Below, piece after piece: positions 25,430 to 35,568 of a stretch of 64,000 nucleotides of DNA. Every line of letters starts with the position of its first letter. Position 1 is the stretch's first letter. The position numbers were made by a program, and so were the translations under genes. The stretch covers positions 96,001-160,000 of the IMG/VR virus record IMGVR_UViG_3300032268_000973; one strand, written 5' to 3'. The notes under the pieces are model-generated. The model worked only from the letters and a program-made list of their open reading frames with translations, did no database searches and was not told where the DNA came from. The stretch comes from a virus.

Positions 25430-28400
25430 ATGGAAGTTCAATGTACGATAAATAATATAACAGGACAGACCCCCTACGACATATATGTTTGTCAAACGGA
25501 TGGTAGTGGTTGTTTTTATATTTCAACTATAAATAACTCATCTTTCCCTTATGTGTTTAACATACCAGCACCATACAACACTTCACCAAATTATATGATC
25601 AAGGCAATTGACGCCAATAACTGTATTATATCAGGAAGTAGCGCTGTTCAATTCTTTCCAACTCCTACACCAACCCCTTGGGACTTCTGTTACGAACTTG
25701 ATGGAGGATTCAACAATCAAGCGGAGGCTGCGGTTGAAGATTCGAGTGGAAGAATTATTTTTGGTGGTATTTTTACAACTTATAGTGGGCAATCATTCAA
25801 TCGAATTGTTCGTGTCAATAGTAATGGCAGTATTGATAACACGTTCACTATTGGAACTGGATTCGATAATGACGTTTATGCAGTTGAATTACAACCTGAT
25901 GGAAAAATTCTTGTTGGAGGTATATTCTCATCTTATAGTGGAGTTTCTGCGAATAAAATCATACGACTTAATTCTGACGGAACTGTGGATAATACATTTT
26001 CTAGTGGTTCTGGTTTTAATTTTTCAGTATGGTCTTTTGCAGTACAACCTGACGGGAAAATAGTTGTGGGTGGAGGATTTACTACTTACAGTGGGCAATC
26101 GGCTAATTCGATTATCAGATTAAACAGTGATGGCTCGATTGATAACTCATTTAGTATTGGTTCAGGATTGAATAACATTGCATACGATATTATTGAACAA
26201 ACGGACGGTAAAAAGTTAGTTCTTGGTTCATTTACGTCTTACAGTGGACAAACACATAATAGAATTCTTAGATTGAATAACGACGGGACCGTTGACAATA
26301 CCCTGAACGTTGGGACTGGATTCAATAGTGAGGTGTATTCATGTGTATTGGAAGATGATGGAAAAATGGTAATTGTAGGACTTTTCGACCAATTTAGTGG
26401 ACAAACTTACCGTCAAATTGTAAAATTGAATGCTGATGGATCGATTGATAATACATTTAATGTTGGAACTGGATTCCAAAGGTCTGTTGGATTATGTTTT
26501 GCTTTGAGTGTCTTCAAGTATGACACAAAATATTTTATTACAGGTGATTTTGATTTTTATAATGGAAATAGTGCAAATGGACTGATACAGCTCAATAGTG
26601 ATGGAAGTAAGGATACCTCATTCAATTACGGAACAGGATTATTATTTAGTGGTACTTCTTTCAATACAGGATTACTTCTCTCAAGCGGAGTTCACATAGT
26701 CTATGGCCAATTTACTCAATATAATGGATATGAAGTGAATGATGTGGCTTATTTGAATCCATTTGGTACTTTATTGAATTGTCCTCAATTGACACCAACA
26801 CCTACTGCAACGCCAACATTGACCCCAACAAATACACCAACAACTACAAGAACCCCAACAAATACACCAACAACCACTTCAACTCCAACAAATACACCAA
26901 CAACCACTTCAACTCCAACAACTACACCAACAACTACAACAACTCCAACTAATACTTCAACAATTAATATTACACCTACTGCGACGCCAACAAATACAAC
27001 AACAACTACAACAACTCCAACGCCATCCCCTACGTATGGTGGACTCACACCATTTGTTTCAGTTTGGAATACTTCGAATACTAGTGTAGGGTCGAGTGCT
27101 TCAAATCAGATTGCATTACCGCTTCAATCAAGCGGAGCTTATAATTTTGTTGTAAATTGGGGTGATAGTAACACCAACACAATCACGTCTTGGAACCAAC
27201 CTGAAGTGACTCATACTTACGCAAGTCCTGGCCAATATACAATTACAATTAGTGGAACTTGCGAAGACTTCGGATTTGGAGGAGGAGGTGATAGGAATAA
27301 ACTTCTGACTATTATATCTTTCGGGAATGTGGTTTTAGGTGATATTACAACACAATTCTCCAACTGTTTTAATTTAACTTTGACTGGAGTCACTGATACT
27401 CCTGATTTATCATCTATGACTACATTAGCGCAAATGTTCTATGGATGTAGTGGGTTGACTACAATTAACAATATAAATTTGTGGGATGTAAGTAACATAA
27501 CTAACATGCTGAGCATGTTTCAAGGGGCAACTAATTTTAACGATGATATAAGTTCTTGGGATGTTTCAAACGTGACTAATACGTCTTACATGTTCTCAGC
27601 GGCACAAGATTTCAATCAGGATATTGGTAGTTGGGATGTTTCTAATGTTACAAATATGGGTGGTATGTTCCAATTTGCAAGTAGTTTCAATCAAGATTTG
27701 AACACTTGGAACGTATCAAGTGCTACAACTTTTTCCTATATGTTCCAAGGAGCAACAGCATTTGATAGCAACATTAGTTCTTGGAATGTTTCGAACGCCA
27801 CAACTATGGTTCAAATGTTCGATCAAGCAACTTCATTCAACCAAAGTATAAGTGGATGGAATGTATCTAACGTCACAACCATGATTGGTATGTTTGGTTC
27901 TGCATCATCATTCAACCAAAATATTGATTCTTGGAATGTTTCTAACGTTACGAACATGGCGTCTATGTTCACTAATGCGGATAGTTTCAATCAGAGTTTG
28001 AATAGTTGGAATGTTTCTAATGTTACGAACATGGCGGGAATGTTTAGTTTGGCTAATGTATTCAATGGAGACATAACATCTTGGAATGTTTCAGGGGTGA
28101 CCAATATGGGCCAAATGTTTCTATCTGCAGTTAGTTTTAACCGAAATATTGGTAGTTGGAACGTTTCAAATGTAACAAATATGGGTCAAATGTTTGCTTC
28201 AGCGTCAATCTTCAATCAGGATATTAGTTCTTGGGATGTTTCGAGTGTAACAGATATGGGATCGATGTTTAATAGCGCTTTAGCATTTAACCAAAATATT
28301 GATACATGGGATGTTTCGAGTGTAACAGATATGTTCTTCATGTTTTCTAATGCAAATAGTTTTAATCAAAATCTTAATAGTTGGAACGTTTCAAATGTAA

Positions 28401-28987
28401 CTACAATGGAGTTAATGTTCTATGGTGCGGACAATTTTAATGGAAATGTCAGTAATTGGAATGTATCAGGAGTAACAAGCATGGCAGGAATGTTTTGGGA
28501 CGCGACTACATTTAATCAAAATATTGGTGGTTGGGATGTTTCAAATGTCACCGATATGAGTAGAATGTTCCGAAGTGCGGCGGCATTCAATCAAAACATC
28601 AGTGGATGGGATGTATCTAGTGTCACTAACATGCTAGAAATGTTCTATTTAGCCGCAAACTTCAATCAAAACATTGGTGGATGGGATGTTTCGAGTGTAA
28701 CAGATATGGAGGGAATGTTCAATAGTGCAAGTATTTTCGATCAAAATATCGGAAGCTGGGATATTTCTAATGTGACTAATTTTGTAGATTTCATGAACAA
28801 TAAAACATTTACGAATTATAGTTCAACTAACCTTAATGCTATTTATAATGGATGGAGTTTGTTGACCCTACAACCTAATATAGTGATTGATTTCAATACA
28901 ATAAAATACACTGCGGCTGGACAATCAGGAAGAAACATTTTGACAGGAGCCCCAAACAATTGGTCAATTACTGACGGAGGTATATAA
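25430..28987 (+). CDS. Putative adhesin/receptor-binding protein: N-module + delta-60 beta-propeller + PT linker + PKD-like + DUF285/BspA-like repeats
   Basis: Seven QPDGKI(L/V)VGG...RLNSDG..DNTF-type repeats; VNWGD...HTY PKD-like motif; 18 W(N/D)VS.VT.M..MF repeats. Confidence 0.8.
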   Translation: MEVQCTINNITGQTPYDIYVCQTDGSGCFYISTINNSSFPYVFNIPAPYNTSPNYMIKAIDANNCIISGSSAVQFFPTPTPTPWDFCYELDGGFNNQAEAAVEDSSGRIIFGGIFTTYSGQSFNRIVRVNSNGSIDNTFTIGTGFDNDVYAVELQPDGKILVGGIFSSYSGVSANKIIRLNSDGTVDNTFSSGSGFNFSVWSFAVQPDGKIVVGGGFTTYSGQSANSIIRLNSDGSIDNSFSIGSGLNNIAYDIIEQTDGKKLVLGSFTSYSGQTHNRILRLNNDGTVDNTLNVGTGFNSEVYSCVLEDDGKMVIVGLFDQFSGQTYRQIVKLNADGSIDNTFNVGTGFQRSVGLCFALSVFKYDTKYFITGDFDFYNGNSANGLIQLNSDGSKDTSFNYGTGLLFSGTSFNTGLLLSSGVHIVYGQFTQYNGYEVNDVAYLNPFGTLLNCPQLTPTPTATPTLTPTNTPTTTRTPTNTPTTTSTPTNTPTTTSTPTTTPTTTTTPTNTSTINITPTATPTNTTTTTTTPTPSPTYGGLTPFVSVWNTSNTSVGSSASNQIALPLQSSGAYNFVVNWGDSNTNTITSWNQPEVTHTYASPGQYTITISGTCEDFGFGGGGDRNKLLTIISFGNVVLGDITTQFSNCFNLTLTGVTDTPDLSSMTTLAQMFYGCSGLTTINNINLWDVSNITNMLSMFQGATNFNDDISSWDVSNVTNTSYMFSAAQDFNQDIGSWDVSNVTNMGGMFQFASSFNQDLNTWNVSSATTFSYMFQGATAFDSNISSWNVSNATTMVQMFDQATSFNQSISGWNVSNVTTMIGMFGSASSFNQNIDSWNVSNVTNMASMFTNADSFNQSLNSWNVSNVTNMAGMFSLANVFNGDITSWNVSGVTNMGQMFLSAVSFNRNIGSWNVSNVTNMGQMFASASIFNQDISSWDVSSVTDMGSMFNSALAFNQNIDTWDVSSVTDMFFMFSNANSFNQNLNSWNVSNVTTMELMFYGADNFNGNVSNWNVSGVTSMAGMFWDATTFNQNIGGWDVSNVTDMSRMFRSAAAFNQNISGWDVSSVTNMLEMFYLAANFNQNIGGWDVSSVTDMEGMFNSASIFDQNIGSWDISNVTNFVDFMNNKTFTNYSSTNLNAIYNGWSLLTLQPNIVIDFNTIKYTAAGQSGRNILTGAPNNWSITDGGI
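25697..26780 (+). repeat. Delta-60-type repeats (7 units)
   Basis: About 51-aa units GTGFN..V.....Q.DGK....G.F..Y.G......RLN.DG..D.TF. Confidence 0.8.
27482..28831 (+). repeat. 18 x 25-aa DUF285 repeats (75-nt period)
   Basis: First Trp codon at 27482, eighteenth at 28757, a difference of exactly 17 x 75 nt. Confidence 0.9.
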
Positions 28988-28998
28988 ATAAAAAAATT

Positions 28999-29646
28999 AT
29001 GAGTCGACAAGTAACAATAACTTCAGTAACCGCAAACACCCCAGTTGATGTATATTACTGTAATGCATTTAGTGCGAGTTGTGTGTCTGTTGGAACGGTT
29101 TCAACTTTTCCTTTCACCTTTACGGTTCCCTCACCTAATGATGAGACAAACATCGTTATCAAAATTGAGGACAACAATGGTTGTATTGATGGAGAAGTAA
29201 TTTATATAACACCGACACCAACATCTACAGTTACTCCGACAGTAACTAAGACTCCCACAAACACCCCTACAATAACTAAGACTCCTACAAATACTCCAAC
29301 ACTTTCACCTACAAATACTCTAAGTCCAACTACAACCCCAACGTTCACTCCTACACCATCTACTACACCAAACTTTGGATTACATTTGGTTGGTCAAAAC
29401 ACATTTCCTACTTCTGCAAATACTTGTAGTGATACTTTTACATCGGTAAATTATTATACGTATATAAGTCAGGCAAATACTGTTCCTGTAGTCGGCGCAG
29501 TGATTTATCAGACAGCTTTCGGAGGATCTTTATATAATCCATACAATGGTAATAATAGATTCACCAAGTTTACTTTCGGAGGTAATAATTACGCGGTTCA
29601 GGTGGATACTAGTGGGATGATAACAAGTTTTGTTGCGTGTCCATAA
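28999..29646 (+). CDS. Small PT-linker virion-associated protein
   Basis: N-module homologous to 25430, TPT tract, short C-domain. Confidence 0.55.
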   Translation: MSRQVTITSVTANTPVDVYYCNAFSASCVSVGTVSTFPFTFTVPSPNDETNIVIKIEDNNGCIDGEVIYITPTPTSTVTPTVTKTPTNTPTITKTPTNTPTLSPTNTLSPTTTPTFTPTPSTTPNFGLHLVGQNTFPTSANTCSDTFTSVNYYTYISQANTVPVVGAVIYQTAFGGSLYNPYNGNNRFTKFTFGGNNYAVQVDTSGMITSFVACP

Positions 29647-29709
29647 ACTTCACAAATGTATACAAAATATTGTGAGTTCTTATAATTATAAGATATAATA
29701 AATTATTAG

Positions 29710-32199
29710 ATGTGTACTTGTTTTTACATTGAAGTCCCATTTGAATTGTCCACCAGTGGAGGGCAACAATTGTATGTTGTGTATACAGATTGTAACGGAG
29801 TTACTCAAAATACAAATACCGCGACTCTCCCAACAATAAATATTTCAGGAGGATTTGCATTCTATGTTTGTTCATTTTTATCTAATGCTCCGACTTTCAA
29901 ATATGGCTTTTTCGGTGATATCGAAGTAATTGGTGGTATTACAGTTACAGACACTGGAAACAGTTGTATTGATGATTCGAGTTGTTATCCCTCAGTCACA
30001 CCAAGTCAAACTGCAACACCAACCAACACTCCAACAAATACACCAACCCAAACCGCGACTGTAACTCCAACAAGCACACCGAGACCTACTCCAACAATTA
30101 CCTCGTCTCCAACGGTAACACCAACTCAGACAAGAACTCCGAATGCAACTCCGTCTCCCACACCAATTTTGTGTGGACAAGCTTTCACTTCGGTAAACCC
30201 TGGTAGCACTTATTTCTATACCGATTGTTGCGGAAATTTCCAACAAGGGACAGAGAGTGGTTTATCCATAACAATGGATTATACCAAGCCATCGAATGGG
30301 GTTGTGAAGTTGAACGTGACGGCTTCGGTCAGTTGTCCAACACCAACACCAACCAAGACTCCAACTCAAACACCAACTGTAACAACCACACCTACAGTAA
30401 CACCAACCAATACAACCACACCTACCTTAACGAGAACACCAAGTCCGACTCCAACTAATAGCCAAGTTTTTTCCTTAAGAAACAATTGTGAAACTTTCAC
30501 TCTATTTGATATGGGAGTTTCCTGTTTACCAATAGTATATCCTAACTCATCGAGTTCTTTGGATGGAATATTATCATTAAGAATTACAGGAGGAACAAGT
30601 CCATATTCAATTTATTGGGCAGGTGGACAAAGGACACAAACATTGGTTGGAATACCACAAGGTAACTATGAAGTCACCGTTGTTGATTATTATGGTGACT
30701 ATACCGCATCTACAATTTGTAGTCTATTCCCTCCAACACAAACAATCACACCTTCACCAACAGCAACTCCTACAGTTACACCATCTGGTGTTTGTCCTCA
30801 GTTGTGTCTAATAGCTATAAGTGATTCTACATCATACGGACCACTTCAATTCAATTGCAACGGAATGAGAAATGGAAGAACTACTTGGAGAACGTCAAAT
30901 GGTCAGTATAACATCGTATGGAATCCTGCATCTGTAAGATGGGAGGTCACAGGATCGGATCCAACTGTATTGTTTAATCCAGTTGGAGGTGGAATATTTG
31001 CTAGCACGTCTACATCAATGGTTCCACTTTCAGCGTGGGGTATCATTGGTGGAGTGAATACATATAAGTTAACGATGACTCAAGGAACTTGTCCTCCTGT
31101 TATCCCTGTACAAGTAAGTTTGACAGTTGATAATAGTTCTTGTAATACTGTATCTAGTTGTGATGGATCTATTACGGTTAACGCCACATACGGATATCCA
31201 CCATATCTGTTCTCGATAAACAATGGATCGACTTACCAATCAACCAATACTTTTGAAGATCTATGTTCAGGTTCTTACAATGTTCTTGTGGTAGATTCGG
31301 CTGGTAATTCTCAAATAGTTGGAACAACAGTTGGATTTGATTTCCAACCTACAACTTATCAATTGTCATTGAGTGCTAACACCTCAGCGGCACAAACTAC
31401 AAGTTTGAGTAACTACAACTCGAGCACAACTTATTATCAAGTGGTAAGTAATCCACCTTTGCCTGTTGGACTGACTATTGGATTCAATCTTACACTTTCA
31501 TCAATTAAAACTTTCAATGGCCCTGGTACAGGAACTATAACTGACACATTCTCTATCACACAGAATGGCTTAACTAAGACACCTGTGTCTTCTCAAGTAT
31601 CTACACAAACTGGTGGAAGACCAAATTGTAGCCCTGAAACTTATTCAGCAGTAACTGAGGCTGATACATACAGTTTACAGATTGGAAATGGATCACCAGT
31701 GTTGATTACAAACACGTCGGTATTGAGTATTACAAATGGAGCGGCAGGTGCCCAAAGTAACTGTTTGACAAATCTTACACAACAAATATTTGCACAGATT
31801 ACTCAAGCATCTGTTAACGGATGTGCTTGTTGCACTGTGGTTGCGGATGCCACATCCAATACAATCAACAATAATAGTGTGACATATAACGCGACTGGTA
31901 ACGCACCGTCCAAACCTCTTAATGGAACTGCTAATGTTCTTTGTGGGTTTAATGACATCAATACTGTGTTGATCAACAATATTGTTGGTGGTTCAGGTCA
32001 ATATGATATGACGGATACCTATTATGAAACTTGTGCTGATGCATTGAATGGATCGTTTAGTTCGATTGTAGGAACGTCAAAAGATTATCTATATATTCCA
32101 AGTGGAACCGTATACTTCGGACTTAGAGATTCTAATAACCCATCTAACAAGACTTGTATAACTGTGGTAGTAAATTGCGACTTCGGAGCTATAGCATAA
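29710..32199 (+). CDS. Cys-rich PT-linker protein with SprB-like repeats
   Basis: DGILSLRITGGTSPYSIYW...GNYEVTVVD and DGSITVNATYGYPPYLFSINNG...GSYNVLVVDS units. Confidence 0.6.
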   Translation: MCTCFYIEVPFELSTSGGQQLYVVYTDCNGVTQNTNTATLPTINISGGFAFYVCSFLSNAPTFKYGFFGDIEVIGGITVTDTGNSCIDDSSCYPSVTPSQTATPTNTPTNTPTQTATVTPTSTPRPTPTITSSPTVTPTQTRTPNATPSPTPILCGQAFTSVNPGSTYFYTDCCGNFQQGTESGLSITMDYTKPSNGVVKLNVTASVSCPTPTPTKTPTQTPTVTTTPTVTPTNTTTPTLTRTPSPTPTNSQVFSLRNNCETFTLFDMGVSCLPIVYPNSSSSLDGILSLRITGGTSPYSIYWAGGQRTQTLVGIPQGNYEVTVVDYYGDYTASTICSLFPPTQTITPSPTATPTVTPSGVCPQLCLIAISDSTSYGPLQFNCNGMRNGRTTWRTSNGQYNIVWNPASVRWEVTGSDPTVLFNPVGGGIFASTSTSMVPLSAWGIIGGVNTYKLTMTQGTCPPVIPVQVSLTVDNSSCNTVSSCDGSITVNATYGYPPYLFSINNGSTYQSTNTFEDLCSGSYNVLVVDSAGNSQIVGTTVGFDFQPTTYQLSLSANTSAAQTTSLSNYNSSTTYYQVVSNPPLPVGLTIGFNLTLSSIKTFNGPGTGTITDTFSITQNGLTKTPVSSQVSTQTGGRPNCSPETYSAVTEADTYSLQIGNGSPVLITNTSVLSITNGAAGAQSNCLTNLTQQIFAQITQASVNGCACCTVVADATSNTINNNSVTYNATGNAPSKPLNGTANVLCGFNDINTVLINNIVGGSGQYDMTDTYYETCADALNGSFSSIVGTSKDYLYIPSGTVYFGLRDSNNPSNKTCITVVVNCDFGAIA

Positions 32200-32225
32200 A
32201 AAAACAGAATAACTATTTATAGACA

Positions 32226-34412
32226 ATGGCATATATTATTAAAAATACCGCGGGATTGATTAACACCAGATTGACTGATGTTGGTAGGAGAAATTTGTCC
32301 CAAGGTAATTTCAGTATTTCTTATTTTCAAATAGGAGATAGTGAAGTCAGTTACACTGCAGTCCCAAATTACAATCAAACAAATAATAATATTTTGATGC
32401 CAGCATTCAATGCTCAGAATGATACAGGGTCGCCACAGTCTAACAAACAAAATATAAAATATCCATATTACGTTCAAGGAACAACAGGCAATACATATGG
32501 TATTCCGTTTATGGATTCTAATTTCCAACAAGTTTATAACTCTGCTGGTGTAAAAGGTTTCTTCACCACAGGGACTACTGAGATTCAAACAAATTCGGCT
32601 TATACGATTACATCAAACTTTTGGGTTGATATGTCAACCGTTTCTGGACAAACTATATTGGATATCGAATTTGATCCAAACGTTTGTGATTTAACAACAA
32701 CAGGCACTCCATCGATAAATGATTTTGTTACAATAGTTTATGATGGTAATGGTGGTTGTGGGGACTTTGTAACAAATCAAATCTTAACCTATAAAATTCA
32801 AAATATGAGTCCTGTGACAGGCACAACAGGATCTACATTTACTTTGACATTGGATAGAGCTCTACCAAATTACGACTTTTTACCAGTTCAAACAAACTTC
32901 GCTAGACTATATGTTTATCCATCTGGAATGACTGAACTTTATGATTTTGTTACACCTGCACCATATTGGCAAACTGACACGTTGAATTTTGAGTCACCTT
33001 GTGATGTGAGCAACAGAGAGAATACTCCCATTTGGAACATGAATATCCCTTGGACTGAGAGTCCCGCAGGTTTGTTTAGTAACCAATACGAAGACTATAC
33101 AAAATTTGGATCAGTATCTTATATCGGAACAAAGGAGTATTTGGGGTACAACGAACCATCAGGTCAGACCGATACAAGCCAAGTTTTCTACTATAACTCT
33201 TTTGATGAAAAAATTATAGTTAGACCACAAGATCAGAAAGCAATTGCAATCATCCACTACACAAATCAAGATATTGATCACGTGTATGGTGAGAAGTTCT
33301 CAACACAACCGTTCGACCCACAGAATCCAACAGATGATATTGGTTTGGCTAGACACCTCAAATTGTCGATCCCAACTTTGATGTGGCACAAATCAACTGG
33401 ATCGACAATCGGTCAGACATTCTTTATCGATCCTCCAGGATATGATTTGTGTAAACCATATTATATCAAGTCAACTAAGAATATTGATATGAATGATCCT
33501 GGTATTAGATATTTCCACTTATGGGACACTAACGCTGACTCCAATGGAAACCTTAATAGAATAGGTAAAGTATTCCCTGATCAAGAAATTATTGTTATAG
33601 ATGATGAAGAAGTTATTGCAGCATTGTCCTACAAGTCTAATAGAAATTTCACGTTGCCAGCACCTAAGGTTAATCTATTGACTCCGAATATTTGTGATAC
33701 GGGGAATAGTTCAACTGGACTTATGACCGATCCAACCCAAAGATTGTGGGTTAGTTATTTGTTCGAATCTCAGACTGGTGTTACAAGTTCTTTACATTGT
33801 AACTATTATTCTCAAGTTGTTGCAAATGATACTGTGACAGCAAACACTCAGAACGTTGCTGTAAGATTCGCAGGAGAATTTAATTTCTTAGGAACAAATC
33901 AGTTCACAGGATATACCGCCACATCAATGAAGATAATCTGTCAGCTCGTTACGGGAGACACAAGACCATCACCGACGGCTTGGAGAGAGATAGATGTGAC
34001 ATCCGCAATGACTTTGTCAAATGGTTATATCACTCAAAATTCATTGACAGGAACTACATTCCAAATCACAGCAGATGACTACAACAATGCATCAATTTAC
34101 CAACTACAAAATTATTTGGATATTCCATTGAACGGACAAACAAATGTATTGAACTTTGGAGACGAGTATTATTTTTATGGAAACTTTGAAACAGACATTT
34201 CTGCAACGATTTATGAGATGAAGTATCTCGTCAATTTAAACAGAAATCAGTTTACAGATACATCCAATCCGACTTGGACAAAAGGATCAAAATCATATAT
34301 TACTGAAATTGGTCTTTACGACTCCAACAAAGATCTTATAGTTATATCTAAGCTACAATCACCAGAGTTACGTCAAGGAATTCAACAGTTCGTAGTAAAA
34401 TTAGATTTTTAA
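32226..34412 (+). CDS. Putative baseplate/tail-fibre attachment protein
   Basis: N-terminal LTDVGRRNL...FQIGDSE and C-terminal YITEIGLYD..KDLIVISKL..P resemble tail-collar/baseplate motifs. Confidence 0.55.
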   Translation: MAYIIKNTAGLINTRLTDVGRRNLSQGNFSISYFQIGDSEVSYTAVPNYNQTNNNILMPAFNAQNDTGSPQSNKQNIKYPYYVQGTTGNTYGIPFMDSNFQQVYNSAGVKGFFTTGTTEIQTNSAYTITSNFWVDMSTVSGQTILDIEFDPNVCDLTTTGTPSINDFVTIVYDGNGGCGDFVTNQILTYKIQNMSPVTGTTGSTFTLTLDRALPNYDFLPVQTNFARLYVYPSGMTELYDFVTPAPYWQTDTLNFESPCDVSNRENTPIWNMNIPWTESPAGLFSNQYEDYTKFGSVSYIGTKEYLGYNEPSGQTDTSQVFYYNSFDEKIIVRPQDQKAIAIIHYTNQDIDHVYGEKFSTQPFDPQNPTDDIGLARHLKLSIPTLMWHKSTGSTIGQTFFIDPPGYDLCKPYYIKSTKNIDMNDPGIRYFHLWDTNADSNGNLNRIGKVFPDQEIIVIDDEEVIAALSYKSNRNFTLPAPKVNLLTPNICDTGNSSTGLMTDPTQRLWVSYLFESQTGVTSSLHCNYYSQVVANDTVTANTQNVAVRFAGEFNFLGTNQFTGYTATSMKIICQLVTGDTRPSPTAWREIDVTSAMTLSNGYITQNSLTGTTFQITADDYNNASIYQLQNYLDIPLNGQTNVLNFGDEYYFYGNFETDISATIYEMKYLVNLNRNQFTDTSNPTWTKGSKSYITEIGLYDSNKDLIVISKLQSPELRQGIQQFVVKLDF

Positions 34413-34415
34413 TTT

Positions 34416-35018
34416 ATGGGAAAAAATATCAGAAAGGATTCACCTAAAGTTCTTGGGCTTGATGTGTCGACTAAAACAATAGGATGGTCATTATTCGACA
34501 TTGAAACTGGTAACTTATTGGAATTGACACACATTTCACCAGTTCCTAAACCTAAAGTCGAAAACAAAATCGAAGAACTTTTACTTAAGGGACACATCTT
34601 TAAGAAAAAGCTTGAGTCTTATGTTGATATGGGGATTCAATACGTGGTCATTGAAGAGCCATTATTGAACTCGAACAACGTTTACACTGTCGGGACCTTG
34701 TTAAGGTTCAATACGTTAATTTGTAAAGAAGTCTATGACGTTCTCGGAGTAGTTCCTGATTTCATTTCAACGTATAATTCAAGAAAATTTGCTTTTCCAC
34801 ACTTGGTCCAAGAAAATGACAAAGGTAAATTTGTATTGTTTGGAGGATTACCAAAGGATATTGATAAAAAACAAATTATTTTAGAGTTAGTCGCCAAGAG
34901 AGAACCTCAAATCACGTGGCAATATACTAAGAACAACACATTAAAAAAAGAAAACTTCGATCAAACTGACGCTTATTGTGCGGCTTTGGGTTACATGAAG
35001 ATGAAAGAAATTTGGTAA
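34416..35018 (+). CDS. ruvC: RuvC-like Holliday junction resolvase
   Basis: VLGLDVSTKTIG, VVIEEP, DQTDA acidic catalytic pattern. Confidence 0.8.
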   Translation: MGKNIRKDSPKVLGLDVSTKTIGWSLFDIETGNLLELTHISPVPKPKVENKIEELLLKGHIFKKKLESYVDMGIQYVVIEEPLLNSNNVYTVGTLLRFNTLICKEVYDVLGVVPDFISTYNSRKFAFPHLVQENDKGKFVLFGGLPKDIDKKQIILELVAKREPQITWQYTKNNTLKKENFDQTDAYCAALGYMKMKEIW

Positions 35019-35041
35019 ACAAATTTTTTTTCGTATCTTAG
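35011..35041 (+). promoter_or_regulatory. Bacteroidota-type promoter (variant)
   Basis: TTTG-N19-TATCTTAG. Confidence 0.55.
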
Positions 35042-35045
35042 CCTC

Positions 35046-35408
35046 ATGGCACTACAGACATCACAATCCAAGTTAAGAAGGACCTTACTTAAGAAACATT
35101 GTAAGGTAAAAATCGACGAAAGATACATTCGTGGAGAAGTTTCCATTATTGGATACCGTAAATACTCTTGCAGAGAAGAAATCGACATCGAATTTCGAGG
35201 TGAAATTAGTGCCAGAGTTGGGTATATATCACCTGATAAATGGTATAGTTTGGAGGAAATGGAAAAAGTCAAAAACCAAATTTCCAAGGTAAAACTTACT
35301 AGATTTCTCAAAAGAAGGTTGTTTTATCCCGTGAGCAATAAGTTGGCGTATTTCAGTATCAATCTACATGTTTCCACAGATATCAAGAAAGTCAAATGGG
35401 TTGGTTGA
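35046..35408 (+). CDS. Hypothetical basic protein
   Basis: ORF with an upstream Bacteroidota-type promoter. Confidence 0.6.
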   Translation: MALQTSQSKLRRTLLKKHCKVKIDERYIRGEVSIIGYRKYSCREEIDIEFRGEISARVGYISPDKWYSLEEMEKVKNQISKVKLTRFLKRRLFYPVSNKLAYFSINLHVSTDIKKVKWVG

Positions 35409-35551
35409 TAATCTATTCAATTTGTTTATTTACGACAATTTTATTTTTTGTGACTTTTCACCTGTTTGAAGAATATTTGAAAGAAGATCATCCAATTATG
35501 ATTTGGTGGAGAAAACATATCGTTGGTCGTCAGGATGATATTCTCAAATAA
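35396..35551 (+). CDS. Small membrane protein, 51 aa (MGWLIIYSICLF...WWRKHIVG...)
   Basis: Fills the gap before the primase; N-terminal hydrophobic helix. Confidence 0.55.
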   Translation: MGWLIIYSICLFTTILFFVTFHLFEEYLKEDHPIMIWWRKHIVGRQDDILK

Positions 35552-35568
35552 TTTATTATATTTGTTTG

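Noticed and set aside
27482-28831. CRISPR array or DGR template/variable repeat
   Set aside because: The 75-nt periodicity is in-frame protein repeat with synonymous divergence; there are no identical repeats with unique spacers, no adenine-specific variant pair noticed, and no RT or cas genes.
28983-28990. T4-type late promoter TATAAATA (also near 39872)
   Set aside because: Both coincide with a TAA stop in A-rich inter-cistronic spacers within operons; likely chance.
22500-30460. Antisense and alternate-frame ORFs (23003, 23238, 24214, 26785, 29982, 29992, 30225 etc.)
   Set aside because: Shadows of Thr/Pro codon repeats (poly-Val/Gly or Cys/Trp/Arg translations) fully inside long real genes.
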